64,000 nt of DNA from Gemmatimonadota bacterium (lineage in GTDB: Bacteria > Gemmatimonadota > Gemmatimonadetes > Gemmatimonadales > GWC2-71-9). The stretch's first letter is position 1. Each line of letters begins with the position of its first letter. Both the position numbers and the translations under genes were made by a program. Below the pieces are notes generated by a model, which saw only the letters and a program-made list of their open reading frames with translations, was not told the origin of the DNA and did not search any database. The stretch spans positions 30,373-94,372 of the forward strand of contig JBDTTF010000106.1 of the NCBI GenBank assembly GCA_039930765.1, read 5' to 3'. Positions 1 to 8,908 of this stretch are shown piece after piece.

Positions 1-678
1 CTCTCGATGCTGTTGACCTGGCTGCCGCGGTTGTCCAATCCGCGGCTCAAGACGCTGATGGAGCAGTCCGCCGACCAGCTGGCCAGCCAGAATGCGCGCG
101 AGATGCTGACCCTGCTGCGGGGGGCGGCGCCCGAGTCGCTGATCAGCGCCATCGAACTCTGCAAGCGGATCAAGCTCCAGCCCGCCGTGCCGGGGCTGTC
201 CGAGGCGCTGACCAATGCCGACCCGGCGGTGCGGCTGGCCGCCGTGCAGGCACTGTGTACCATCGCGACGCCCGGCGCGCTCCAGCATGTCGAAAAGGCG
301 GTGGAGGACGCGGACCGCGATGTCCGGCTGGCCGCGGTGCGTGAGCTCGGCAGCCGCGGGTACAAGGGGCTGCTGCGGCGGATCGAGCCGCTGCTCACCA
401 GCAAGTCATCTCGCGAGATGGACCTGACCGAGCGAGTGGCGGTGTTCGAGGCCTACGCGGCGGTGGCCGGCGAAAGCGGCCTGCCCACACTGCAGGGACT
501 GCTGAGCGCCGGCGGGCTGTTCAAGTCCAAGGCGCCGCCGGAAACCAGGGCGGCGGCAGCCCGAGCCATCGGCAAGATCAAGTCGGCCGCCGCCCGTGAG
601 TTGCTGGAGAGCTTCCAGAACGACAAGGATCTCCAGGTCCGGACCTCGGTCAGCCGCTCGCTGCGGGAGGGCGCGTGA
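1..678 (+). CDS. HEAT-repeat protein, 5' end runs off window
   Basis: Frame is open from base 1 (ORF track 7..678). Repeated HEAT/PBS-lyase-like units DPAVRLAAVQAL, DRDVRLAAVREL, DLQVRTSVSRSL. Stop overlaps the next start (GTGA 675-678). Confidence 0.6.
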   Translation, partial: LSMLLTWLPRLSNPRLKTLMEQSADQLASQNAREMLTLLRGAAPESLISAIELCKRIKLQPAVPGLSEALTNADPAVRLAAVQALCTIATPGALQHVEKAVEDADRDVRLAAVRELGSRGYKGLLRRIEPLLTSKSSREMDLTERVAVFEAYAAVAGESGLPTLQGLLSAGGLFKSKAPPETRAAAARAIGKIKSAAARELLESFQNDKDLQVRTSVSRSLREGA

Positions 679-2129
679 TCGACCAGGCCGCCCCTCCCGG
701 CACTGACGACGGCTTCTTCCGGCAATCCGGCCGGAGCCTGCTGCTGGCCATGTACGCCGCGTTGCGGAGTCTCAAGCTCTACCCGGTCGAGAACGCCACT
801 GCCCAGAAGTCGCTGGATGAACTCCACGCCGCCGCCCTGGCGCTGCTGGGCCGCGCCAGCGAGGTCGAGGTCCGGCTGTCTGGCGAGTTCATCTTCATCA
901 ATGGCACCCGGCTTCGGCTGGAGCTCGACAACTTCGCCTCGTTCAGCCATCTGCATACGGTGCTCAAGGCCTGCGAGATCGGGGTGCTGCTGCTGCAGCA
1001 GGGAGTCGAGCGCAAGGACTGGCAGATCTTCCTCGGGGTGCTGCTCGCCGTGTCGGGCCGCACCGATGGGCCGGACCGGTACGCCGAAGTCCGGGACCGG
1101 CTCGACCGCGGCGGAGTGACCCGGATCCTGGTCGAGCCACCACTCGAGACCGAGGAGCTCAGGGCCGAAGCGGAGCAGGCCAAGGAAGTGGCCAAGCGGA
1201 CCTACTCACATGGCGTGGCGGTCACCAAGGAAGTGATCAACAGCGTGCGGCTGGGCCGGACCACCAGTGTGGCCCGGGTCAAGCGCGCGGTGCAGGCCAT
1301 CGTCGACCAGGTGCTGAACAACGAGACCTCGCTGATCGGCCTCACCGCCATCCGCGACTACGACGAATACACCTTCACCCATTCGGTGAATGTCTGCATT
1401 CTGTCGGTGGCGCTGGGCAAGAAGCTCGGCCTGACCCGCCTGCAGCTCTACGATCTCGGCCTGGCCGGGCTGATGCATGATGTCGGCAAGGCCCGGATTC
1501 CGATCGACGTGCTCAACAAGACTACCGGCCTCGACGAGAGCGAGTGGCGGCTGATGCAGACCCACCCGTGGTGCGGGGTGCTCACCCTGTTCGCGATGCG
1601 GGGCCACAGCGATGTGCCGTACCGCGCGGTGATCGTGGCGCATGAGCACCACATGAAGACCGACCTCACCGGCTATCCCAAGGCCATTCGGCCCCGGACC
1701 CTGGGGATCTATTCCCGGATCTGTGCGGTGGCCGACGGCTACGACGCCGCCACCTCGCGGCGGACCTACCAGACAGTGCCGATCCAGCCTGATGCCGTCC
1801 TCCGCGAAATGTGGGAGAATCCCCGACGCGGATACGATGCGGTGCTGGTCAAGGCGCTCATCAACCTGATCGGGATCTATCCGGTCGGCACCTGTGTCAT
1901 CCTCGATACCTTCGAGGTGGCCATCGTCTCGGCCGCCAGCCAGGACCAGAACCAGCTCAACCGCCCCAAGGTCCGGATCTGCATCGATGTCAACGGTGGC
2001 ATGCTGCCCTCGCCGGGGCAGGAGGAAGACCTGACCGAGGCCGGGGCTGATGGCCAGTTTCTCCGCTCAATCGTCAAGGTCACCAATGCCGATCGCTATG
2101 GACTCACCGCTGGCCACTACCTTGTCTGA
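675..2129 (+). CDS. HD-GYP domain phosphohydrolase (putative cyclic-di-GMP phosphodiesterase)
   Basis: HD motif LMHDVGK, HEHHMKTDLTGYPK (GYP) and ADGYDAATSRRTYQ. About 190 aa of non-catalytic N-terminal region. Confidence 0.8.
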   Translation: MIDQAAPPGTDDGFFRQSGRSLLLAMYAALRSLKLYPVENATAQKSLDELHAAALALLGRASEVEVRLSGEFIFINGTRLRLELDNFASFSHLHTVLKACEIGVLLLQQGVERKDWQIFLGVLLAVSGRTDGPDRYAEVRDRLDRGGVTRILVEPPLETEELRAEAEQAKEVAKRTYSHGVAVTKEVINSVRLGRTTSVARVKRAVQAIVDQVLNNETSLIGLTAIRDYDEYTFTHSVNVCILSVALGKKLGLTRLQLYDLGLAGLMHDVGKARIPIDVLNKTTGLDESEWRLMQTHPWCGVLTLFAMRGHSDVPYRAVIVAHEHHMKTDLTGYPKAIRPRTLGIYSRICAVADGYDAATSRRTYQTVPIQPDAVLREMWENPRRGYDAVLVKALINLIGIYPVGTCVILDTFEVAIVSAASQDQNQLNRPKVRICIDVNGGMLPSPGQEEDLTEAGADGQFLRSIVKVTNADRYGLTAGHYLV

Positions 2130-2916
2130 ATCCCGGCTCGACCAGACCTGGGCGGCGCTCCGTCACGAGGGGCGCGCCGCGCTGATTCCCTACCTGACCG
2201 CGGGGCATCCCGATCCTGCCGCCAGTGAAGCCATCCTCCGCGCGGCCGACGATATGGCCGACATCCTCGAAATCGGTGTTCCCTTTTCCGACCCGCTGGC
2301 CGACGGTCCCGTCATCCAGCGCAGCAGCTTCCGGGCGCTGGAGCAGGGAATGACGCTGGCCCGCACCCTCGATCTGGTTGACCGGGTGTCTCCCAGGCGT
2401 GCGGTGGTGATTTTCAGCTACCTCAATCCGATCCTGCAGTACGGAATCGAGCGCTTCCTGGCCGACGCCGGGCAGCTCGGGATCGCGGGACTACTGCTGA
2501 CCGATCTGCCGGCCGGCGGTGACGCGGCGGTGGAGCAGGCGGTGCGCGACAGCCCGCTCGATCTGATCCGGCTGCTGGCCCCGACGACGACCGATGCGCG
2601 GCTGGCCCAAGTGGTCGATGGCGCCGAAGGGTTTCTGTATCTCGTGGCCCGGCTGGGCGTCACCGGGGCCAGCCGACAGCTCTCGACCGGTCTGGCCCAG
2701 CAGGTCAACCGGGTTCGGGCCGCCTCGACGCTGCCGGTCGCGGTCGGATTCGGAATTTCGACGCCTGAGCAGGCCTGCGCGGTTGCCGGGATGGCAGATG
2801 GGGTGGTGGTCGGCAGTGCCCTGGTCGACACTCTTGATCGTGAGGGTCCGCTGGCCGCGGCCGCGCTGCTGACCCGGCTCCGGCAGGCGCTGGACCCGAG
2901 CATGGTGCCGCGATGA
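2098..2916 (+). CDS. trpA: tryptophan synthase alpha subunit
   Basis: [11 protein letters not shown] and [17 protein letters not shown] core plus the C-terminal GFGIS motif. The ORF opens at 2050; ATG 2098 (MDSPL) is preferred to limit overlap, and 2050 or 2083 remain possible. Confidence 0.85.
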   Translation: MDSPLATTLSESRLDQTWAALRHEGRAALIPYLTAGHPDPAASEAILRAADDMADILEIGVPFSDPLADGPVIQRSSFRALEQGMTLARTLDLVDRVSPRRAVVIFSYLNPILQYGIERFLADAGQLGIAGLLLTDLPAGGDAAVEQAVRDSPLDLIRLLAPTTTDARLAQVVDGAEGFLYLVARLGVTGASRQLSTGLAQQVNRVRAASTLPVAVGFGISTPEQACAVAGMADGVVVGSALVDTLDREGPLAAAALLTRLRQALDPSMVPR

Positions 2917-4994
2917 TCGAGGTCCGCACTCTGCTCGACCGGTATTCCCGGATTCTATCGATCGGCGGCGGCCTGCTCTGGGTTGCGGTGCTGGCCCTCG
3001 ATCAGGACTGGCTGCTGCAGCCACTCCCGGTCATGGCGCTGACCGTGGCGGTGGTGGCACTCCGCGCCGGCCAGATTCCCCTCTCGAAGTATTCCTACCT
3101 GACCCAGATCGGCGTGCCGGTCCTCGCCGGCGCGGTGGCCCTCGGGGCCAGCCCTGTGGTCTTCGCACTCGGGATCGGGGTGCTGGCCGCCGATGTCGTG
3201 CTGCTGCGCAAGCCGGTGACGGTCGGGATGATCAACGCGGGCCGGGAAGTCATCGCCTTTGTGGCCGCCTTTGGCGTCTACGCGGTCATGCGCTGGAAGA
3301 CCGCGCCCAGTGGCTTCGGGGTGGAATTCCTCCCGTCGGCCATGGCGCTGGCGGGGATGTACTTCTTCACCGCACGGTCGCTGTTCTACTTCACCCTGCT
3401 GGTCCGGGACAAGCTGGAGCACGACGAGCGGCACATGCTGCTGCGCTACGAGATCCTGGCCTACCTGCTGACCTTGATCGCGGTGGTCATCCTGGTCGCG
3501 GCGGTCAACACCCTGGCACCCGCCGGGGTGGTGACGGTGCTGGTGGTGCTGGCCGTCCTGGGGCTGCTCACCAAGCAGATCCTCGAGGAGGCCATTTCCG
3601 CGGAGGAGCTCAACAAGATCCACCTCCGGGAACGCACCATCACCAGCAACGTCACGCTGGGTGACACCTTCCGTCAGCTCGAGGAGCTGGCCCACCGGGT
3701 CCTCGACTGGACCGATTTCCGGATTTGCCGGTTGCATCCCGATGGCACCATCCAGATGGTGTACCGTGGCCACATCGGGCGGGCCGGCCGCGGCGAGCCA
3801 CCGGTGGACAGCGCCTTGCTCCGGGCTGAGGCCATTCGCACCGGGCACGCCATCTCGATCCAGGACAGCCGGAGCGACAAGCGGATCGTCAGCCCCGAGC
3901 CCAATGCCGTGAGCATGCTGGTGGTGCCACTCCGGTTCGGTGAGGAGATGATCGGGGTGCTGGAGCTGGATCATCACAAGAACCGCGAATATGGCAACAA
4001 GGAAGTGGCGGCGGCCCAGACCTTTGCCGGTCAGCTGGCCACGGCCATGCACATCGCCGATCTGCGGGCCCCGCTGGTCGACACCGTGGCCCGCATCGGT
4101 GCCCAGATCCGGGCGCTGGCCACGACCACGGAGCTGCTCCGGGCCGGTGCCAGCTCGGCGGCCGCCACCTCACAGTCGATCAAGAGTGGCGCCGCGGAAC
4201 AGGAGCGATTCGTGGCCGGCGGACAGGAAGCCACACTGTCGCTGGCCAAGGCCGCGGCCGGGGTGGCGGTGGACGGCAAGGCCGTGGCCAGGGCAGCCCA
4301 GTCGGCAGCGGAAGTGGCCGGCAATAACCGTGACCTGATCCGCGACGCCATTGGCCGACTGGTTCAGCTCAAGAAATTCGTCTCGGAGCGGACCGCCGAA
4401 GTGCAGGAACTCGACCGGATCTCCAGCCGGCTGGTCGGGTTCATCGGCACTATCCGGGAAATCGCCGACCTCACCAACCTCATTTCGCTCAACGCGGCCA
4501 TCGAAGCCGCGCGGGCGGGACAGCAGGGCAAGGGTTTCGGGGTGGTGGCCGACGAAGTCAGGCAGCTGGCCAGCCAGAGCGCGATGGCCTCGCGAGAGGC
4601 CTCCGGACTGGTGTCCACCATTCAGGACCAGATCGGTGTCATCGCGGCTCAGATGACGCGAGGGGAAGCCGCCGTAGGCGGGGTCGAATCACTCAGCGAC
4701 GCCGCAGCCCGGGCACTCGACGACATCGTCCACTCATCGCATGGTGTGATGGAAAACGCCGGGCGGATCGCGGCTGCGGCCACGGTGCAGGAACTTGCGG
4801 TGGGCCGCCTGACCGGACAGATGGCCAGCATCGCCGAGGTCTCCGCCAAGGCGCTGGCCCAATCGGGCGGGATGGCTGAACGCGCGGCGGAAGCGGCCCG
4901 CGGCCACGCCGACCTCGAGCGGGCGATTTACGAATTGCAGGATGTAGCCGACCGGCTGCAGAACATTGCCCGCCACTTTGCGACGGAACTATGA
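2913..4994 (+). CDS. multi-pass membrane GAF-domain methyl-accepting chemotaxis-type transducer
   Basis: Several N-terminal hydrophobic helices, a central GAF-like region ([17 protein letters not shown]), and the C-terminal MCP signalling hairpin [40 protein letters not shown] overlaps at both gene ends. Confidence 0.8.
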   Translation: MIEVRTLLDRYSRILSIGGGLLWVAVLALDQDWLLQPLPVMALTVAVVALRAGQIPLSKYSYLTQIGVPVLAGAVALGASPVVFALGIGVLAADVVLLRKPVTVGMINAGREVIAFVAAFGVYAVMRWKTAPSGFGVEFLPSAMALAGMYFFTARSLFYFTLLVRDKLEHDERHMLLRYEILAYLLTLIAVVILVAAVNTLAPAGVVTVLVVLAVLGLLTKQILEEAISAEELNKIHLRERTITSNVTLGDTFRQLEELAHRVLDWTDFRICRLHPDGTIQMVYRGHIGRAGRGEPPVDSALLRAEAIRTGHAISIQDSRSDKRIVSPEPNAVSMLVVPLRFGEEMIGVLELDHHKNREYGNKEVAAAQTFAGQLATAMHIADLRAPLVDTVARIGAQIRALATTTELLRAGASSAAATSQSIKSGAAEQERFVAGGQEATLSLAKAAAGVAVDGKAVARAAQSAAEVAGNNRDLIRDAIGRLVQLKKFVSERTAEVQELDRISSRLVGFIGTIREIADLTNLISLNAAIEAARAGQQGKGFGVVADEVRQLASQSAMASREASGLVSTIQDQIGVIAAQMTRGEAAVGGVESLSDAAARALDDIVHSSHGVMENAGRIAAAATVQELAVGRLTGQMASIAEVSAKALAQSGGMAERAAEAARGHADLERAIYELQDVADRLQNIARHFATEL

Positions 4995-5434
4995 GCGCTG
5001 ATCTGCATGAACGGGTGTTCATCGCCCTGGGCAGCAACCTGGGTGATCGCAAGCGCCATCTTGAGACGGCGGTCGAAGCCATCGGCAAGATTCCGCTCAC
5101 CAAACTCGTGGCCACCTCAACCATCGAGGAAACCGCACCACTCGGCGGGATGGATCAGCCCAAATATCTCAACCAGATGATCGTGGCCTCGACCGGCCTC
5201 GATCCCTCGCGGTTTCTCAAGGCACTGCACAAGATCGAAGAGGCGGCCGGTCGGATCCGCACCGAACGATGGGCGCCGAGGACCCTCGATCTCGATATCG
5301 TCCGGTTCGGAACCCGTCGTCTCGACGAGGCCGATCTGACGTTGCCGCACCCGGAGCTGCCCCATCGCGACTTCTGGCTGCGGGAGCTGGAGGAATTGAA
5401 CGCCACCCTGGCCAGGAAACCGGAGTCCGCCTGA
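4991..5434 (+). CDS. folK: 2-amino-4-hydroxy-6-hydroxymethyldihydropteridine pyrophosphokinase (HPPK)
   Basis: [23 protein letters not shown] and [13 protein letters not shown] motifs at the expected size (147 aa). Confidence 0.85.
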   Translation: MSADLHERVFIALGSNLGDRKRHLETAVEAIGKIPLTKLVATSTIEETAPLGGMDQPKYLNQMIVASTGLDPSRFLKALHKIEEAAGRIRTERWAPRTLDLDIVRFGTRRLDEADLTLPHPELPHRDFWLRELEELNATLARKPESA

Positions 5435-6255
5435 TGAGCCAGCCGCCGCTGACCGACGGCCGTGCCGTAACCTTCCTGGACCTCGCCGCCCGTAAGCGCG
5501 CGGCCCAGAAGATCGTGGTGTTGACCTGTTACGATGCGCTGTTCGCCCGGCTGCTCGATGATCTGGCCGATGTGCTGCTGGTCGGCGATTCGGTCAACCA
5601 GGTGCTGGCTGGACATGAGACGACGCTGAGTGCCACGCTCGACCAGATGATCTACCATGCCGCCTCGGTCCGCCGCGGCACCCGCCGGGCACTGGTGGTG
5701 GTCGACATGCCGTTCTTGACCTACCAAATCTCGGCGGCCGAGGCGGTGCGCAACGCCGGGCGGATCCTGCAGGAATCCAACGCTCATGGCGTGAAAGTCG
5801 AGGGCGGCCGCTATCTGGGGCCAACCATCGAGGCCATCGTCAAGGCAGGTATCCCGGTCATGGGGCATCTCGGCCTGACTCCGCAGTCGGTCAATACGCT
5901 GGGGGGCTACCGGGTGCAGGGCAGGGAGGAAGCCGTAGCCAAGGGGTTGATCGAGGATGCCCGTGCGGTCGAGGCCGCCGGCGCCCAGGCCATCGTGCTC
6001 GAACTGGTGCCGACCGCGCTGGCACAGCGGATCACCGCCGCACTCACGATCCCGACCATCGGGATTGGCGCGGGGCCCGAGTGCGATGGCCAGGTCCTGG
6101 TGCTGCACGATATGCTGGGACTGAACGAGGGGTTCGCGCCCAAATTCCTGAAGCACTACGCCAGGCTGGCCGACACCGTGCGTGATGCCGCCCGGCAATT
6201 CGGTGCTGAAGTTCGGGACGGCAGCTACCCCGGCAAGGACCACAGCTTCGAATGA
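5434..6255 (+). CDS. panB: 3-methyl-2-oxobutanoate hydroxymethyltransferase
   Basis: ATG 5434 shares one base with the folK stop (TGATG). LTCYDALFARLLD, VGDSV and GHLGLTPQS motifs. The earlier part of ORF 5269.. lies inside folK. Confidence 0.9.
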   Translation: MSQPPLTDGRAVTFLDLAARKRAAQKIVVLTCYDALFARLLDDLADVLLVGDSVNQVLAGHETTLSATLDQMIYHAASVRRGTRRALVVVDMPFLTYQISAAEAVRNAGRILQESNAHGVKVEGGRYLGPTIEAIVKAGIPVMGHLGLTPQSVNTLGGYRVQGREEAVAKGLIEDARAVEAAGAQAIVLELVPTALAQRITAALTIPTIGIGAGPECDGQVLVLHDMLGLNEGFAPKFLKHYARLADTVRDAARQFGAEVRDGSYPGKDHSFE

Positions 6256-7106
6256 TCCGGCTGTCCACCATCGCGGAGTTGCGGAGCTGGACGGCCGCCG
6301 CCCGCCGTGCCGAGCAGCGGATTGCACTGGTGCCGACGATGGGTGCGCTGCACGCCGGCCATCTGGCGCTGGTGGCCGAGGCCCGGCGCAGGGCGCCGCT
6401 GGTGGTGATGAGCCTGTTCGTCAATCCGCTGCAGTTCGGGCCCAGCGAGGATTTCGCGCGCTATCCTCGGCCCCTCGAGCGTGATGCCGGCCTGGCCAGC
6501 GCCAGCGGGGTCGACGCGCTGTATACGCCGACCGTTGAAATGATGTATCCGCCGGGCTCCGAGACCAGGGTCGTGCCAGGCCGTTCGGCCGAGCGCTGGG
6601 AAGGGGAAATCAGGCCAGGCCATTTTACCGGGGTGCTCACCGTGGTGGCCAAGTTCTTCAATCAGGTGCAGCCCGACGTCGCCATTTTTGGCCAGAAGGA
6701 CGTCCAGCAGCTGACCCTGATCCGGCGGATGGTGGCCGATCTGGACTGGCCGATCGAGATCGTGATGGTGCCGACGGTGCGCGAATCCGACGGTCTGGCG
6801 TTGAGCAGCCGCAACGCTTATCTGGAATCAGGGGCCCGGGTTCGGGCCACTGCCATCAGCCGGGCGCTGTTGGCCGCTTCCGAGGCCTGGGGCAGGGGAG
6901 AACAGAACCCGGAACGGCTCCGGCAATTGGTGCTCGACGGGCTGAGCGGTGCCGAGGGGCTGGAAACCCAGTATCTCGCCATTCTGGACCCCGAAACGTT
7001 GCAACCGGTTGAAATCGCCAGAGTTGGCACGATCATCGCTCTTGCCGTGCGGTCAGGAACAACCCGGTTACTTGATAATGTTATTCTGGGGTCGACTTCG
7101 GAGTGA
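6252..7106 (+). CDS. panC: pantoate--beta-alanine ligase
   Basis: LVPTMGALHAGHLALV, FVNPLQFGPSEDF and GHFTGV motifs. ATGA overlap with panB. Confidence 0.9.
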   Translation: MIRLSTIAELRSWTAAARRAEQRIALVPTMGALHAGHLALVAEARRRAPLVVMSLFVNPLQFGPSEDFARYPRPLERDAGLASASGVDALYTPTVEMMYPPGSETRVVPGRSAERWEGEIRPGHFTGVLTVVAKFFNQVQPDVAIFGQKDVQQLTLIRRMVADLDWPIEIVMVPTVRESDGLALSSRNAYLESGARVRATAISRALLAASEAWGRGEQNPERLRQLVLDGLSGAEGLETQYLAILDPETLQPVEIARVGTIIALAVRSGTTRLLDNVILGSTSE

Positions 7107-7137
7107 ACATCATATCTACCCACTACCCGGTGCGCTC

Positions 7138-7734
7138 ATGACGGCACCACGTCCTCCTCGGCATTCGTCGCCAGGATTGAGGCCTACCTTGCCGGCCTGG
7201 GCCGTCGTCAGTGACGAGCGGCTCAAGCATGTGGAGCGGGTCGCTGCCCTGGTGGCCCGATGGGCCGAGGAAATGGGCGTTCCGGATTCCGAGCGCAATC
7301 GCTGGCTCAGGGCGGTCTGGCTGCATGACGCGGTCCGTGATGCCTCGGACGACGACTTGAAACGCTGGGCTCCCTCGGCAGTCGGTCCCCTGGAGCTGCG
7401 TCACGGTGCGGCCAGCGCCGCGCTGGCCAAGACCGGGGGCGAGAGCGATCGCGGGGTGCTCGACGCTGTCCGCTATCACAGCATGGGGCTGGCCGAGTGG
7501 GACATGGTGGGCCGGGTGCTGTACTGCGCCGACTACCTGGAACCTGGTCGGGTTCACGATCGCGAGATCCGGGCAGAGCTGGCCGAGCGCTTCTCACGTG
7601 ATTCGAGCGGGGTGCTCCGCGAAGTGGCCAAGGCCCGCATGGCTCGGCTGGTCCAGTCCGGCTTTCCGATTCCCGAGCCCACCATTCGCTTCTGGAACAG
7701 CCTGTTCACCCGCCCCGCCACCGAATCGGCCTGA
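7138..7734 (+). CDS. HD-domain phosphohydrolase, YqeK-like
   Basis: HVERVAALV..WLHDAVRD..HGAASAALA..AVRYHSMG..LYCADYLEPGR matches the YqeK/HD layout. ATG 7138 is the first start downstream of panC. Confidence 0.6.
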   Translation: MTAPRPPRHSSPGLRPTLPAWAVVSDERLKHVERVAALVARWAEEMGVPDSERNRWLRAVWLHDAVRDASDDDLKRWAPSAVGPLELRHGAASAALAKTGGESDRGVLDAVRYHSMGLAEWDMVGRVLYCADYLEPGRVHDREIRAELAERFSRDSSGVLREVAKARMARLVQSGFPIPEPTIRFWNSLFTRPATESA

Positions 7735-7850
7735 CCGCAGTCGGTCGGCCGCTTTCCGGTCTACTGCTGGTTCTGGCCTGCCGATCTCCGGATCGGGGGC
7801 CAGCGCACGCCTATCCGGTCCCGTCCGCTGAAGACCGGGTCACTGTCGAA

Positions 7851-8129
7851 GTGCTCAATGGCGCCGGCATCCCGGGTTTGGCCAGGCTCGGTGCCCGGGT
7901 GCTTCGGCAGAACGGTTTCGACGTCGTGCTATTCGGCAACGGAGACACCGCCGGCGGGGCCGTCACCCGGGTTATCGCCCGACGGCCGGACAGCCGGAGC
8001 TCCGCCGATCGGGCTCGTTCGGCACTGGGAGTCGGCACGGTGGCACAGACGCTGGATACCCTGAGGCGAGTGGACGTCACCGTGATCCTCGGACGGGATT
8101 TTCATCCGGCGTTGCCGTTGCATCCGTAG
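7851..8129 (+). CDS. LytR_C (LytR/CpsA/Psr C-terminal-like) domain protein, N-terminus unresolved
   Basis: VTVEVLNGAGIPGLARLGARVLRQNGFDVV...VTVILGRDF is a typical LytR_C core. The frame stays open upstream through a hydrophobic LSGLLLVLAC stretch but has no ATG/GTG there. Confidence 0.5.
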   Translation: MLNGAGIPGLARLGARVLRQNGFDVVLFGNGDTAGGAVTRVIARRPDSRSSADRARSALGVGTVAQTLDTLRRVDVTVILGRDFHPALPLHP

Positions 8130-8135
8130 GGCGTC

Positions 8136-8149
8136 GAGCGACGAGCGAC
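8136..8149 (+). repeat. perfect tandem heptamer (GAGCGAC)x2, 7 nt after the stop at 8127-8129
   Basis: Read directly: gagcgac gagcgac. Confidence 0.9.
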
Positions 8150-8237
8150 TAGAAGCGGGGCACGAGGCTGGAGGGACGAGAAGCGGGATGGCGGACCGGG
8201 TCCTCGCCAGCCAACGAGATCGGTCATAAATTCGCTC

Positions 8238-8269
8238 GTCGTTCCGTCGTTCCGTCGTTCCGTCGTTCC
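8238..8269 (+). repeat. perfect tandem octamer (GTCGTTCC)x4
   Basis: Read directly. The repeat lies 33 nt upstream of the 8302 start codon. Confidence 0.95.
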
Positions 8270-8301
8270 AACGGCCAACCACTCGACCCGCCCGAGCGCC
8301 C

Positions 8302-8904
8302 ATGCCGAAAAAAGACCCCCGCATCGACGCCTATATCGCCAAGTCCGCGCCATTCGCCCAGCCGATTCTTCGCCATCTTCGGAGCGTCGTGCACCAGGCC
8401 TGTCCCGACGTGGAAGAGACGGTCAAATGGGGAATGCCGTCCTTCACTTACCACGGGATACTGTGCGGCATGGCGGCGTTCAAGCAGCACGCGACGTTCG
8501 GCTTCTGGAAAGCGAGCCTGATTCTCGATAAGGATGGCAACAAGGCGGAGGAGGCGCATGGGCAGTTCGGCCGGCTCACCGCGGTCAAGGATCTGCCGTC
8601 AAAGGCGGTGCTCATGGGCTACGTCAAGCAGGCGATGAAGCTGAATGACGAGGGCACCGCGATGGCCAAGCCGAGGAAAGGGCCCAAGCCGCCGGCCAGG
8701 ATTCCGGCCGACCTGGCCGCGGCGCTCAAACACAACGCCAAGGCGAACGCCGTGTTCAGGGAGTTCAGTGCCAGCGGGCAGCGGGAATACATCGAGTGGA
8801 TCGAGGAGGCCAGGACCGACGCCACCCGCCAGCGGCGGCTGGTCACGACGATTGAATGGGTGGCCGAGGGAAAACAGCGGAACTGGAAATATCAGAACTG
8901 CTGA
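8302..8904 (+). CDS. DUF1801 / YdeI-type protein
   Basis: The N-terminal PRIDAYIAKSAPFAQPILRHLR...VKWGMPSFTYHG (DUF1801/YdhG-like) and the C-terminal REYIEWIEEARTDATRQRRL (YdeI-like) both match from memory. Confidence 0.6.
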   Translation: MPKKDPRIDAYIAKSAPFAQPILRHLRSVVHQACPDVEETVKWGMPSFTYHGILCGMAAFKQHATFGFWKASLILDKDGNKAEEAHGQFGRLTAVKDLPSKAVLMGYVKQAMKLNDEGTAMAKPRKGPKPPARIPADLAAALKHNAKANAVFREFSASGQREYIEWIEEARTDATRQRRLVTTIEWVAEGKQRNWKYQNC

Positions 8905-8908
8905 GTGG

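Noticed and set aside
5155-6327. 390-aa minus-strand ORF
   Set aside because: It is antisense to folK, panB and panC.
8102-8559. Minus-strand ORFs (83 and 111 aa) encoding TERRNDGTTERRNDG
   Set aside because: The peptide repeat is the translation of the (GTCGTTCC)x4 array. The remainder is antisense to the DUF1801 gene.
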